DNA from: Octopus sinensis
Taxonomy: Eukaryota
Length of the DNA: 58,180 bases
NCBI RefSeq assembly: GCF_006345805.1
Contig: NW_021833101.1
Coordinates: forward strand, 1-58,180
Direction of reading: 5' to 3'
Below the pieces are notes generated by a model that had not been told where the DNA came from, did no database searches, and worked only from the letters and a program-made list of their open reading frames with translations. Each line of letters starts with the position of its first letter. The first letter of the stretch is position 1. Both the position numbers and the translations under genes were made by a program. Positions 37,462 to 49,035 of the stretch are shown here, one piece after another.

Positions 37462-37824
37462 TACACACACATATATATTTGTGTGTGTATTTACTATAAT
37501 AAGAGCAAAAGAAAAATTTCTATGTCAATATGCTGACAAAAAATTCCGTTAGCTTGCTTTCCTCGCTTTCAGCAGTTCGTGTATTCATAGTGATGTGTAA
37601 TGTAATGTGGTGTCTGAGGATTTAAAGTCTATTTCTCAGCATATTGGCACAGAAATTTTACTTTTGCCCTTATTTATTATTTTCATCTTTAAAGGTATTT
37701 TAATATGCTGGCCACTTTGATGGAATTTCTTTTGGAAAAAATAATATAATCCTATATTAGAAGTATATATATATATATATATATACATACGCATATAATA
37801 TATATATATATATATATATATACT

Positions 37825-37863
<39 letters not shown>

Positions 37864-37870
37864 CATACGC

Positions 37871-37901
<31 letters not shown>

Positions 37902-38178
37902 CGCATATATATATATATATATACATATCCATACGCATATATATATATATATATACATACGCATATATATACGATATAGATATATATATATATATACATA
38001 CGCATATATATAATATATATATACTACGCATATATATATATAATATATATATATATATACATACGCTATATATATATATTATAGATACATACGCATATAT
38101 ATATATATATATATTACATACGCATATATATATATATATATATATACATACGCATATATATATATATATATATATACA

Positions 38179-38210
<32 letters not shown>

Positions 38211-38285
38211 ACATACGCATATATATATACATATATATATATATACATACGCATATATTATACATATATATATAATATATATAAG
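36580..38285. repeat. Compound (TA)n/(TACA)n/CATACGCA microsatellite field
   Basis: Directly visible; interrupted by a non-repetitive island at 37480-37760. Confidence 0.95.
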
Positions 38286-39015
38286 AATGAATGTTTTTAT
38301 ATATAATGAACGTGAAATACAGGAAGGGACGAACACGGAACACAGACAAATCATTCGAAGCCTTCAATCTTCAGTCAGACACCGATCATCATAGCAAATT
38401 TCGGCTGTTCAATTCTGATATTTGCTCCACTCGGCCAGCCCCAAGAAAAAAACTAAGCTGTAGCATTAGATTTCTTGGTAGAAGACAGGAATGTGAACGC
38501 ACAAGACGGATGTGAATACAAGAGACGAAAACGAAATTGAAAACAGTAATGAATAAACAAAATGTATATAACGGTGGTTGTCATACACTTTAGACCAAAT
38601 GAGACAAAACAACAGCATAGCAGCTGGCGTAGAAATAATTACCGTTTCGGTAGCGGGGACACATGTTGGTCGAGATACGAAGGCCAACAGAATGGTTGGA
38701 GAAGCAGCAGGTCAGGAGAGAGAGAAAGAGAGACAGAGAGAGAGGGAATCAAAGAGGGTGGAAGGCAGGGGACAGAATCAGTGACCAAGAGAGAAGGAGA
38801 AAGAAGGGATTAAGGAGGATGGGAGGAAGAGGGGAGGAGGATGGGAGGAAGAGAGGGGAAGAATCGGAGGGCGCCAAAAAAGTTTGGTGAAGAAGCAATG
38901 GCGGGTAGTAAAAGACAGTGTGTATAGAAGTCGTGCAGGGTTTAAAATTGGACAAACAAACGGGGGGGTGCACGTAACGCCGCAATAATATAAGATGTAT
39001 ATATATATATATACA

Positions 39016-41105
39016 TCCTTAAATCCTTAAAAATGTTTTAGCCCGAAGGCCGCGGCCATGCTGGGGCACCACCGCTGAATGAGCTACACTAGTTTGTGAA
39101 TCCACCTCTGATACGTGGCACTTGATCAACAAGGGAGTTCGATGCTGCTGCCCGCATCCGTGTCTCCTGTCGTGAGGTAGGTTCATCTGGGACTCCCAAC
39201 AAGAAGAGATCCAGTTTAGTTTTAAAGAACCCACATCCACACCATGTAAGTCTCTCAGGCATTTAGGGAGGATGTTAAAGAGCTGTGGTCCTCTGAAACC
39301 CAAGCTGTTGCAGTATCTGGACCTGTATTTTGATGGTGATTTTGGAATCCTTGGCACCACGCAGCGGCGGCGCCCCGTTCTGCGGTTGGAGTAACTTTGA
39401 ATGCCAAGTTTGGGACAAGACCCTCCAGGATTTTCCAGATGTATATCACTGCATATCTCTCCCGCCTCCGCTCAGGGAGAAGAGGTTTAATACCTTCAGT
39501 CTTTCCCAGTAGCTGACATTTTGCATTGAGACGATTTCTTTTGTGTAGCTTCTCTGAGTTGCTTCGAGTTCTGCTGTTTGTTTTATATTGTGTGGTGACC
39601 AAAGTTGGGAGCAGTAGTCCAAGCGGCTGAGGACAAATGTTTTCCATAGGACCATCAGTGTCTCCTTCTCTCTTTCTGAAAGTTCGGAGAATCCATCCAG
39701 CTAGCCGTCTGCATTTTATCACCAGATTAGCAATATGCATTTGGAAAGATGCATCATTGCTCATGTCAATGCCCAGGTCACGCACTGATTTTGACTCAGG
39801 GATTGCAATTCTTCCTGGGCCAGTGTATCCAGTCTTCACGTCATTTACCTTTGTGTGCCAGTAGCGCAGGGCCTGGAACTTACCTGCATTAAACTGCATG
39901 TTGTTATCCTCAGCCCACCTGTATATTGTGTCCAGCTCATGTTGCAGATGCGCAATATTTTCAGGGTTTTGTATTGCGTGGGAGACTTCTGTGTCATCTG
40001 CATAGCTAGCAAGGGTGGTCATCGTAGCAATTGAAGGCATGTCTGAAAGGGCCACTATGAACATCAGTGGCCCCAAGACAGTGCCCTGTGGGACACCGCT
40101 TGTTATTTGCGTTTCCCTGGAGGTGGCTCCATTGCTCACAACTGCCTGTTTTCTGTCTTTTAGGAAGTTGTGCAGCCACTCTCCAAGTTTCCCGCCTATG
40201 CCGAGACCACGCAGTTTGTGACAGATCATACCATGGTCGACTTTATCAAAGGCTTTTGCAAAGTCAAGATATATTACATCCACATTTGAGCCATTTAGTA
40301 GCTGTTTCAACACCCAGTCATAGTGTTGCAGGAGCTGTGTTAGGCAGCCTCTACCTGGTCGAAATCCATGCTGGGTGTCAGACAGTAAGTCATTTTCTTC
40401 AAGGAACATGATTAGTTTCTTGCGGACTATTCGTTCCATGACTTTGCTGATGTGTGAGGTCAGAGAGATAGGCCTATAATTTTTAGCATCTGCTCTGCTA
40501 CCTCCCTTATGGATAGGGCATATTACCCCCTCTTTCAGTTTGACTGGGAGCTTACCACTTGCAAGAAAGCTCTGAAAAAGAAGCTGTAGCGGTTTTGCAA
40601 GGGCTCGTTTGCACGATTTGAGAAGGATCGCTGGGAATCCATCAGGTCCAGCAGCTGAGTTTGTGTCAATCTCATCAATGGCTAGTGTGATATCATCTTC
40701 TTCGATGTTGATGTACTCAATTTTTGTCTCTTTGGCCGCTGGTAAAGTGGCAAAGAATTCTTCTGGGTTGTTTACTTGCCTGTGTCCTAGAGGTGTAGTG
40801 AACACACTTTGGAACTGTTCGTTCAGTATTTCACTTATCCTCGTGGGATTTCCTGTGAGAGAGCCATCTTTTTGGAAGAGAGGTCCTATTCTCTGGTGCA
40901 CTGTGGCTGTCTCTTCGGCAACTTAAAGAAAGCTTTAGGGTTTGATTTTATATTTTCTATTACCCAAGCTTCTTTATCTGCTCTCTCCTTTTCATGGGAC
41001 TGATGTAGACTTTTCTCAGTTTCCATTAGCATTCTTTCGAGCCGAGACTTCTCACCACTTTTGGTGTGCTTGCTCAGGCGGTTTGCAATCCTTGTCCGTC
41101 GTCTC
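39016..41105 (-). mobile_element. CR1-group LINE, 5'-truncated, RT domain with a few frameshifts
   Basis: ORF 39255-40901 with AAGPDGF, YRPISLTS, QHGFRPGR, YLDFAKAFDKVDH, SGVPQGTVLGP, YADDT; downstream frames SRLDYCSQLWSPH, YWERLKVLNL, GPQLFNILP; 3' end with TTTAAGGA repeats. Confidence 0.95.
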
Positions 41106-41489
41106 ATACATACATACATACGCATATATATATATATATACATACATACGCATATATATATATATATATATATATACATACATACGCATATATATATATA
41201 TATACATACATACGCATATATATATACATACATACGCATATATATATATATACATACATACGCATATATATATATATACATACATACGCATATATATATA
41301 CATACATACGCATATATATATATATATACATACATACGCATATATTATATATATACATACATACGCATATATATATATAATATATACATACATACGCATA
41401 TATATATATATATATACATACATACGCATATATATATATATATATACCTACATACGCATATATATATATATACATCATACATACGCAAT

Positions 41490-41549
<60 letters not shown>

Positions 41550-41553
41550 CATA

Positions 41554-41591
<38 letters not shown>

Positions 41592-41597
41592 CTACGC

Positions 41598-41631
<34 letters not shown>

Positions 41632-41925
41632 ATACATACATACGCATATATATATATATATATATACATACAACGCATAATATATATATATATACACAAA
41701 TATATATATATATATATATATTGTGCTTTCTTGTTTGGATTAACTATATATATATATATGTATACATACATACGTATATTTATACACATATATAAATACA
41801 CACACATATATATGCACACGCATACACACACACATATATATACATATATACACAACACGCACACACACATATATACATACATATATACACAACACGCACA
41901 CACACATATATACATACACACATAC

Positions 41926-41960
<35 letters not shown>
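41105..41960. repeat. Compound (TA)n-CATACATACGCA microsatellite field
   Basis: Directly visible. Confidence 0.95.
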
Positions 41961-41964
<4 letters not shown>

Positions 41965-42344
41965 TAATCAGGGGATATCTGCTCCTCATTAGGGATTAAA
42001 GAATCTAAAATTTCACTGGTTAATCTCTTTCATATAAGGTCAAAGTCTCAACGATATTTTAGGGATTATTTAAGTAATACATATTGTTAATAACGAAAGA
42101 AAGAAATTGGAGAATCATGGATGTATTAATCATTTGTTAGTCTGACGTAATGATGTTGAAAGTTATATAAGCAGGTTTGTGGCATCTGCCATTTCTTTTA
42201 GAGCTTTTTAATTTATAATCTATTTGTATTGTTTTTATAAAATACTTTCAACATCATTATATCAGACAAATTTACGCATCCATAATTTTCCATTTTCATT
42301 CTTTCATTCTCTCTCCCTCCCTATATATTTATATATATACAAAT

Positions 42345-42505
42345 TGAGATGGGGGTTGTAAATGCAACCCTCCATGGGATAACATATATCCAATATACTG
42401 CTAGTGAAGTACCCAACAAAGTTAATACATAAATGTTAAGGATTGCGATGCAATCAATTCATTTACTGTATTATATGGGCAAAGGTAAAATGATTTACCA
42501 CAAAT
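42345..42505 (-). mobile_element. GIY-YIG endonuclease remnant (Penelope-like element)
   Basis: Minus frame FMY*LCWVLH*QYIGY at ~42386-42433 resembles VY.L.C..C..QYIG.T. Confidence 0.45.
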
Positions 42506-42758
42506 TACTAATACAAGATAAGAAAATGGAGAAATACATCTAAATCAAATATCAATTACCAGATAATGCTCAATCACATACTTTATTAAACCACCACATA
42601 AGAGACTGTAGGGTTAAACATAAAAAAGCAGAACAAATCAGTGTACATAAAGGAATGTACATAAAAGAGTGTACATAAAATAGTAATGTTGTATAATAAG
42701 TAGAATATATATAAAAAAGAGAATATAAATATAAGTAAATATAAATATAAGTATAGAT

Positions 42759-42892
42759 TATATCTTACAGCTGTTTCGGCCATGTAGATAAGTATGTCTC
42801 ATTTTACCAATATTAGAATTTTTATGGTAGGTCAATATATAGCTATAAATGAGACATTCACAAAAATATCATAAGGCCTCTTCGGACATATA
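42759..42892 (-). ncRNA. Type I hammerhead ribozyme motif (left arm)
   Basis: TATATGT-CCGAAGA-GGCC..long stem II..GGCC-GAAAC-AGCT-GTA-AGATATA. Confidence 0.7.
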
Positions 42893-43474
42893 CATATACA
42901 TATGAGTGCATATACTCACACTCCTATACATATAAAAATAAACATATACATAATAATCTACATAAATAATATAAACTAGTAAACATATATATGTTCCATA
43001 TTCAATGTTTCAGTTTTTCAACTTAATATTGTGATAATAAACATACACATATTAGTACCTAGATGCAAATATACATAGTCAATAGTACATTATATTACTT
43101 CCTACTAATTTCCAAAGTGGCACATATGTATGTCCGGGTTCCAGGTGCCACTTTTGATCCTAATGTAAGCGTTATTAATAATATTATGAATGATAATAAT
43201 GGTAGCATTAATGGTATTGACAACGATAATGATGCTAACTTTAATGACACTTTGGAAATTAGTAGGAAGTAATATAACGTAATATTGACTATGTATATTT
43301 GCATCTAGGTACTAATATGTGTATGTTTATTATCACAATATCAAGTTGAAAAACTGAAACATTGAATATGGAACATATATATGTTTACTAATTTATATTA
43401 TTTATTTACATTATTATGTATATGTATATTTTTATATGTATAGGAGTGTGAGTATATGCACTCATATGTATATG

Positions 43475-43607
43475 TATATGTCCGAAGAGGCCTTATGATA
43501 TTTTTGTAAATGTCTCATTTATATCTATATATTGACCTACCATAAAAGGCTAATATTGGTAAAATGAGACATACTTATCTACATGGCCGAAACAGCTGTA
43601 AGATGTA
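43475..43607 (+). ncRNA. Type I hammerhead ribozyme motif (right arm)
   Basis: CCGAAGA 43482-43488, GGCC/GGCC stem II closing, internal 11-bp ATGTCTCATTT/AAATGAGACAT helix, GAAAC AGCT GTA 43589-43600. Confidence 0.7.
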
Positions 43608-44405
43608 ATCTATACTTATATTTATATTTACTTATATTTATATTCTCTTTTTTATATATATTCTACTTATTATACAAAATTACTCTTTTATGTACACTTT
43701 TTTATGTACATTCCTTTATGTACACTGATTTGTTCTGCTTTTTTATGTTTAACCCTACAGTCTCTTATATGGTGGTTTAATAAAGTATGTGATTGAGTAT
43801 AATCTGGTAATTGATATTTGATTTAGATTTATTTCTCCATTTTCTTATCTTGTATATATATATATATATATATTGTTGAATATTTTCGTGAACTTTGAAA
43901 ATTTTTGTGCTTTTTCCCGGTGGCGGGAGAAAGTAATTGTTGAAATATTGAAGTTATTAATATTGAATTTATTAATATTATTAATATTGAACTTGTTAAA
44001 GCCGTTGTAGGCTTTATTGTCGTGCCCACCCCCGCTGGGGATGGGCATTGGAACTGTTATTAAGAGGAAAAAAAGCATTATAGGTTTCCCATGTTTGGCA
44101 TAAGCAATTTATAATTGTGGAAAAAATTAAATTTTAGGCTTTATTGTGGCGTCCGCCCGTAGCGCGGGTGAGATTTGAACTGTTGTCCTCGTTGTGAGGA
44201 AAAAATATAGGTTTCCCTTTTTTGGGGGATTTTATATTTTCTTATTGTGTGGAAAAAATTAATTTCGAATCGTCGTAGACTTTGTCGCTACGTCTCGCCC
44301 CCAGCGGGGGTGGGATTTGAACTTTGGACTGCGGTAATACAAATTGATTATTTTTGTCCTCTGCGAGAGGAAAACATTTTCTCTTGAATTATACTTATTT
44401 CAACC

Positions 44406-45134
44406 ATGTCGGTTGAAATCATTCGTGAAAAATCTGCTCTTGTAGAGAGCAATGTTGATGTTGGCAATTGCGCCAACACTGTGAAAAAGTTTTCAGCAGT
44501 TGCCGCAGTGGCAACCGAAAATATTGATATCTCGGCAGACATGTTGCAGGGATATTTTAAAAGGTTGAAGAAAGAAGGATGTGATGTTGTGATATCACCC
44601 ACCTCCACTGTATTAGAAACAGAGAAACGGACCGTAGTGTATAAAACCTTCTGCCCTCAAGACAAAAGGTTTAAACACATCGAAAAAGAAACAATCGAAA
44701 AGTGCCTGTCCCCGATATGGAGGGATATAGTGTATATCTCGAGGGGACGGGCATATGGTTCTGTTGAGGTCCAATTCTCAAAAGAAGAGGTGGCCCGCGG
44801 GCATTCCGTGTGTCCCCTGAAGTCCAAAGAAGTGGTACTTCTGCCAGATTATATGGGACGAAGAACGTCCCGTGTAAGAATCAATGAAGTGCCACCTGAA
44901 GTGGTGGCCGCCCTGCTATTTAATAGGACGGACCGAATAAAAATACTACAAACGACAAGTTCCGTCCCCCAGAATTGGTCAGGGCGGAACATTACTGTAT
45001 TAATTAAAGGGAAACAGGAGGACATTCAGGTCCTACCAGAGAGAGTGCTCGTTGGAGAGAATGTGGCCCTTAGGGTACAGGTGGAAGGCCGTAAGCCCAC
45101 CTGTTACCGATGCGGAAAAAAGGGCCACATGTGA
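44406..45134 (+). CDS. LINE ORF1p (gag-like), N-terminal part with zinc knuckle
   Basis: 242 aa ending VQVEGRKPTCYRCGKKGHM (CX2CX4H knuckle, broken by a stop or frameshift), typical of Tx1/L1 ORF1. Confidence 0.75.
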   Translation: MSVEIIREKSALVESNVDVGNCANTVKKFSAVAAVATENIDISADMLQGYFKRLKKEGCDVVISPTSTVLETEKRTVVYKTFCPQDKRFKHIEKETIEKCLSPIWRDIVYISRGRAYGSVEVQFSKEEVARGHSVCPLKSKEVVLLPDYMGRRTSRVRINEVPPEVVAALLFNRTDRIKILQTTSSVPQNWSGRNITVLIKGKQEDIQVLPERVLVGENVALRVQVEGRKPTCYRCGKKGHM

Positions 45135-45224
45135 AGAAAACAAAAAAAAGTTGTGGCAAACACCAGGCCCCTCAAATAACCAAAAAACCCACCCCCGCAA
45201 ATACACCAACCCCCACAAGCTGTT

Positions 45225-45782
45225 GTGGTGCCATCCCCGAAACAAATGACAAAAAAGACCCAGCCCCTACACGCACAAACCCCTACAAATATAAAAACAC
45301 CCATACCCTTGGAAACTGTGGCACCGACTGCTCCAAAAAGTGTTACCCCTACAGACGTTAACCCCTCAGACGATACCATGGAGGCATCAGAGAGTGGATT
45401 TAAAACACCTCGAAAAAGAAAACCTTCCCCAACCATATCCTCTACAAAAAACCAAAACCAAAACAATACACAAAAGACACTAAAAAAGAAATCCCGCCCA
45501 ACCGTCCCGGAAGAAAAAGAAGAAAATTGGATGCTTGTCGAATACGACACTACTGAACAATACACAAATGAAGCCATTGTGACACATCAGAGGTCAAAAC
45601 TCAATATCCAACATGAAGGACTGACGCAGAGATGTGCAGCAATAGGGGAAACCCTATACCGCGACTTAAAGGAAAGGAACTCGCACGCCGTTTGGAAAAT
45701 TAATGAACTTCCAAATTATGCGAAGGAAGAGGCTGATCCACGTGTGGTGAAGTCGGCCCCAGCTTCTCCAAGGAGAAAGTAA
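45225..45782 (+). pseudogene. ORF1p low-complexity C-terminal part (frameshifted)
   Basis: Pro/Thr/Lys-rich 185 aa with FKTPRKRKP, lying between the knuckle and ORF2. Confidence 0.55.
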
Positions 45783-45805
45783 GTATAACTTTTTACTTTT
45801 TGTAA

Positions 45806-46035
45806 ACGGACTCACTTACCTTTGGTTGTTTGAATGTGCGTGGTCTGAGTTCGAAGTGGAAGCAGGCGTGTTTCCTCGACGATCTCAGATCACATAATAT
45901 GCATGTGATGGTTGCTACAGAGACCAAGCTGGACAGTCTACAAACCTTCTCGCCTCTCCTGAATAGCTACGAGAAAATCATGTCTCCTGGCCAGACCGGA
46001 GGGTGAGGGGGTGTAGTGGTACTGATCCGTATGGG
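45806..46035 (+). pseudogene. ORF2 apurinic-like endonuclease N-terminus, truncated
   Basis: DSLTFGCLNVRGLSSKWKQACFLDDLRSHNMHVMVATETKL..GG*GGVVVLIR contains the APE motifs NVRG, ETK and GGV. Confidence 0.85.
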
Positions 46036-47225
46036 ATAATTTCACGATCTTCGGGGTTCCTAAATATTTAGATGCTCATTTGAGATCTTACCCGACTACT
46101 TCTTGGAATTCAAGATCTTAGGCCTCACTTCCAACACAAACTATACTACGAAGTTGGGAAAGACTTCCTTTTGAACACCCCCCATAAATTTTTTTGTGGA
46201 AAATTGATTTCCAAACATGTCTTTTAATAATAATAATGATGAGAAATTCATAACAATTAAGGATTTCTATAAAAAAAACTTAATTTCTGTATTATAGTAT
46301 ATCCATGACCCAAGGTTAGGCAAATTTCAGAGAGGCAATTTAGGCCTTCACGTGAGGCAATTTGGGACATGAATATATACAATAAAGAAATGAAGATTTT
46401 TGGTTGAAATCCTGGAAAGACTTCCACCCGTCCCTTCACCATTTTCTCCCAAATTTGTTTACTTTTATAAGTTTTTTTTAACCCAAAATCCCCGTTTTCG
46501 GATACGGTGGTTCCGGAATATTGCCAAATATTGGCATTGTGAAATTTTCCCCCCTTCCCCCTAACGTCTTCAATTTTGACTTTTTTCCCCCAACACTAAC
46601 CCTAACCCTAAAACCGTAACGGTAAGTTCAGAAATATTTTGAAATTTTTGTCCGAATCCTGATGTCCGTATTTTTCCGCATATCTAGAAAAAAAAATTCT
46701 TAAGAAAAATTTTACAAAGATTTTTGGAAATGTTTTCAGAATCATAATCTTCGTATTTTCCCGCATATATTGAAAAAAAAATGTGAAAAAAGTTAAAAAT
46801 GAAGGGGAAGGGTGGTAATTTAGAAATGTCGATTTTTGCCATTTTTTTTGCAGATTCGTATTCCCGTAGCCGAACAGGGGTGTTTGTGTCGAAAAAAAAA
46901 TTTTTTTGAAAGGGTGGTTTTTTTTTTTTTATGAGGTTACGGGCGGAAGTCTTGCCGAAATTCTTAATTTCTATGACTTTCTCATCATTATTATTACAAG
47001 ACATGGTAAGAAATCAATTTTCCATCATCTGTAATATTAAAAATATAATTTAGGGGCGGGGTGAGGTACAAAAGGAAGCTTTTCCCAAAACAAAAATAAG
47101 AAGTTCTTGGTCTGACAGCATCTACAGGATGAAGCTTAGCTGGAATTTCGAAACTGTTATCACTACTTCATATGGATGGAAAGCACCACGAAAATGGGGG
47201 ACAGAATTATATATATATATATATA

Positions 47226-47603
47226 TGCCACTTCATTGGCTATGATGACGAGGGTTCCAGTTGATCCGATCAACGGAACAGCCTGCTCGTGAAATTAACG
47301 TGAAAGTGGCTGAGCACTCCACAGACATGTGTACTCTTAACGTAGTTCTCGGGGAGATTCAGCGTGACACAAGTTGTGACAATGCTGGCCCCTTTGAAAT
47401 AAAAGTACAACAGAAATAAGAAGAAAGAGTGAGAAAAAGTTGTGGTGAAAGAATACAGCAGGGTTTGCCACCACCCCCTGCCGGAACCTCGTGGAGCTTT
47501 AGGTGTTTTTCGCTCAATAAACACTCACAATGCCCGGTCTGGGAATCGAAACCACGATCCTACGACCGCGAGTCTGCTGCCCTAACCACTGGGCCATTGC
47601 GCC
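47226..47603 (-). mobile_element. SINE family C, full length
   Basis: Complete tRNA head (GGCGCAATGGCCCAGTGGTTAGGGCAGCAGACTCGCGGTCGTAGGATCGTGGTTTCGATTCCCAG) and 3' domain. Confidence 0.9.
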
Positions 47604-47713
47604 TTTACACTCATACACACACACATATACATATTTCATGTGATCAACCAGTCAATCAGATGTTATACATCGCTGGTCATGTTAACTTTCGAATGATGCC
47701 ACCTCGCTGGCTA

Positions 47714-47755
<42 letters not shown>

Positions 47756-48386
47756 ATGCGTGTGTGTGTTTTTGGAGAAGAAAAAACAAAATAACTCTCA
47801 GAACCGCAATTCCTGTTGCATGAAAGATAAGAATAATTATTTCTACCGTCTTCAAACTTTGGTCGCCGGTCCTTCAGAATTAGGTATCACTACCTCATAG
47901 AGAAGGAAAGAACAAGTAACTAAGAGGTTGTTTCCTCTCTATAAAGGAATTTTTTGTCCCCACCTTCTACAAGGAGACGGCTGTAACAGAAAAAAATCTA
48001 CCCAGAGGAATACTAAAAGAAAAGAGGATAGGGAAACCCCCGCCCACTTTATTATATTCTTTCTTTTTCCTGAGAAGAAGGGAAAGATACTTCAAAAGTC
48101 AGCCGAAGTTTGTCTGTATGCTAATATTATCGTTAATAAAATAATTATTTCTGTGTTTAATTGTGCCAATACATTATCTTCACGTGTTTCTCTTAGAAAA
48201 AAATAAAAAGATTAAATGTGTTTTTTCTTTATATATTACACTGCATATATTTGCTGTAAAATTATGATTTTTTTTTGTATGTTGGGGGCGTATGTTTCTT
48301 ACTTTTGTTTATAGATGCCATTAATTACAAACGTCCAAAGACAAAACCAACATTTTAAAATTAAAGACTAGACAAAACAAACTTAC

Positions 48387-48508
48387 CTTCTTCGATAATT
48401 TTTCAGATAACAAATTCCATATTGCCTCAGGGTGTCCTGTTTTGTATAACCCAGACGATAGAAAATACTTACGTTCATTTTGGTTGAGGTAAAAATATCC
48501 AAACTCTC
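48387..48508 (-). CDS. Candidate internal coding exon of an unidentified host gene
   Basis: Pyrimidine tract + AG, 122-nt open frame EFGYFYLNQNERKYFLSSGLYKTGHPEAIWNLLSEKLSKK, donor AAG|GTAAGT; no homology recognised. Confidence 0.35.
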
Positions 48509-48664
48509 CTTACTATCAAAGAGCAACCAAGAAAAATAACTAGGCAACTCAGCAATAAATATTAATTTCTTTAATTTCATTAATAATTATTTCCAATTAA
48601 GGAACAAAGCCAGGAGTTTTAAGAAAAGAGGTTTACTCTATGCAATTAATCCGAGTATGTTTTA

Positions 48665-49035
48665 TTTTTTACTTGGTTCAGTTATTAGACTGCGGCCATG
48701 CTGGGGCACTGTCCTGCAGAATTTTAGTCGAACGAATGAACTCTAGTTCTTATTTTCTTAGAGTTTTCTACTTATTCTGTCGGTGTCTTTTACTGAACCG
48801 CTAAGTTGTCAAAGTGAAGCGGTGATAGAAGATAAGCACAGACACAAAGGCACGCACACAACAAACACAGGCACACGACGGGCTTCTTTCAGTTTCCGTC
48901 TATCAGAACCACTCACAAGGCTTTGGTTGGTCCGAGGCTATAGTCGAAGACACTTGCCCAAGGTGTCACGCAGTGGGACTGAACCCAGAACCATGTGGTT
49001 AAAGAGCAGATTTCTTACCACACAGCTCACGCCTG
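48665..49035 (-). mobile_element. SINE family A, near full length
   Basis: Reverse complement of tail, body and head. Confidence 0.85.

Larger units (their letters stand above)
42511..43855. repeat. ~609-bp inverted repeat, 128-bp spacer
   Basis: 42511-43119 versus 43248-43855, about 20 differences counted by eye; mirrored ORFs MAETAVR.NLYLY in the ORF track. Confidence 0.97.
44000..46035 (+). mobile_element. Tx1/L1-clade LINE, 5' portion (repeated UTR, ORF1, start of ORF2)
   Basis: ORF1 and APE start described in the next three entries, preceded by tandem UTR monomers. Confidence 0.85.

Noticed and set aside
41105-41700. Constant CATACGCA anchors with variable spacers as a CRISPR-like array
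   Set aside because: The spacers are only (TA)n of varying length, the context is eukaryotic and there are no cas genes
46594-46622. Interstitial telomere
   Set aside because: Only about two perfect CCCTAA units
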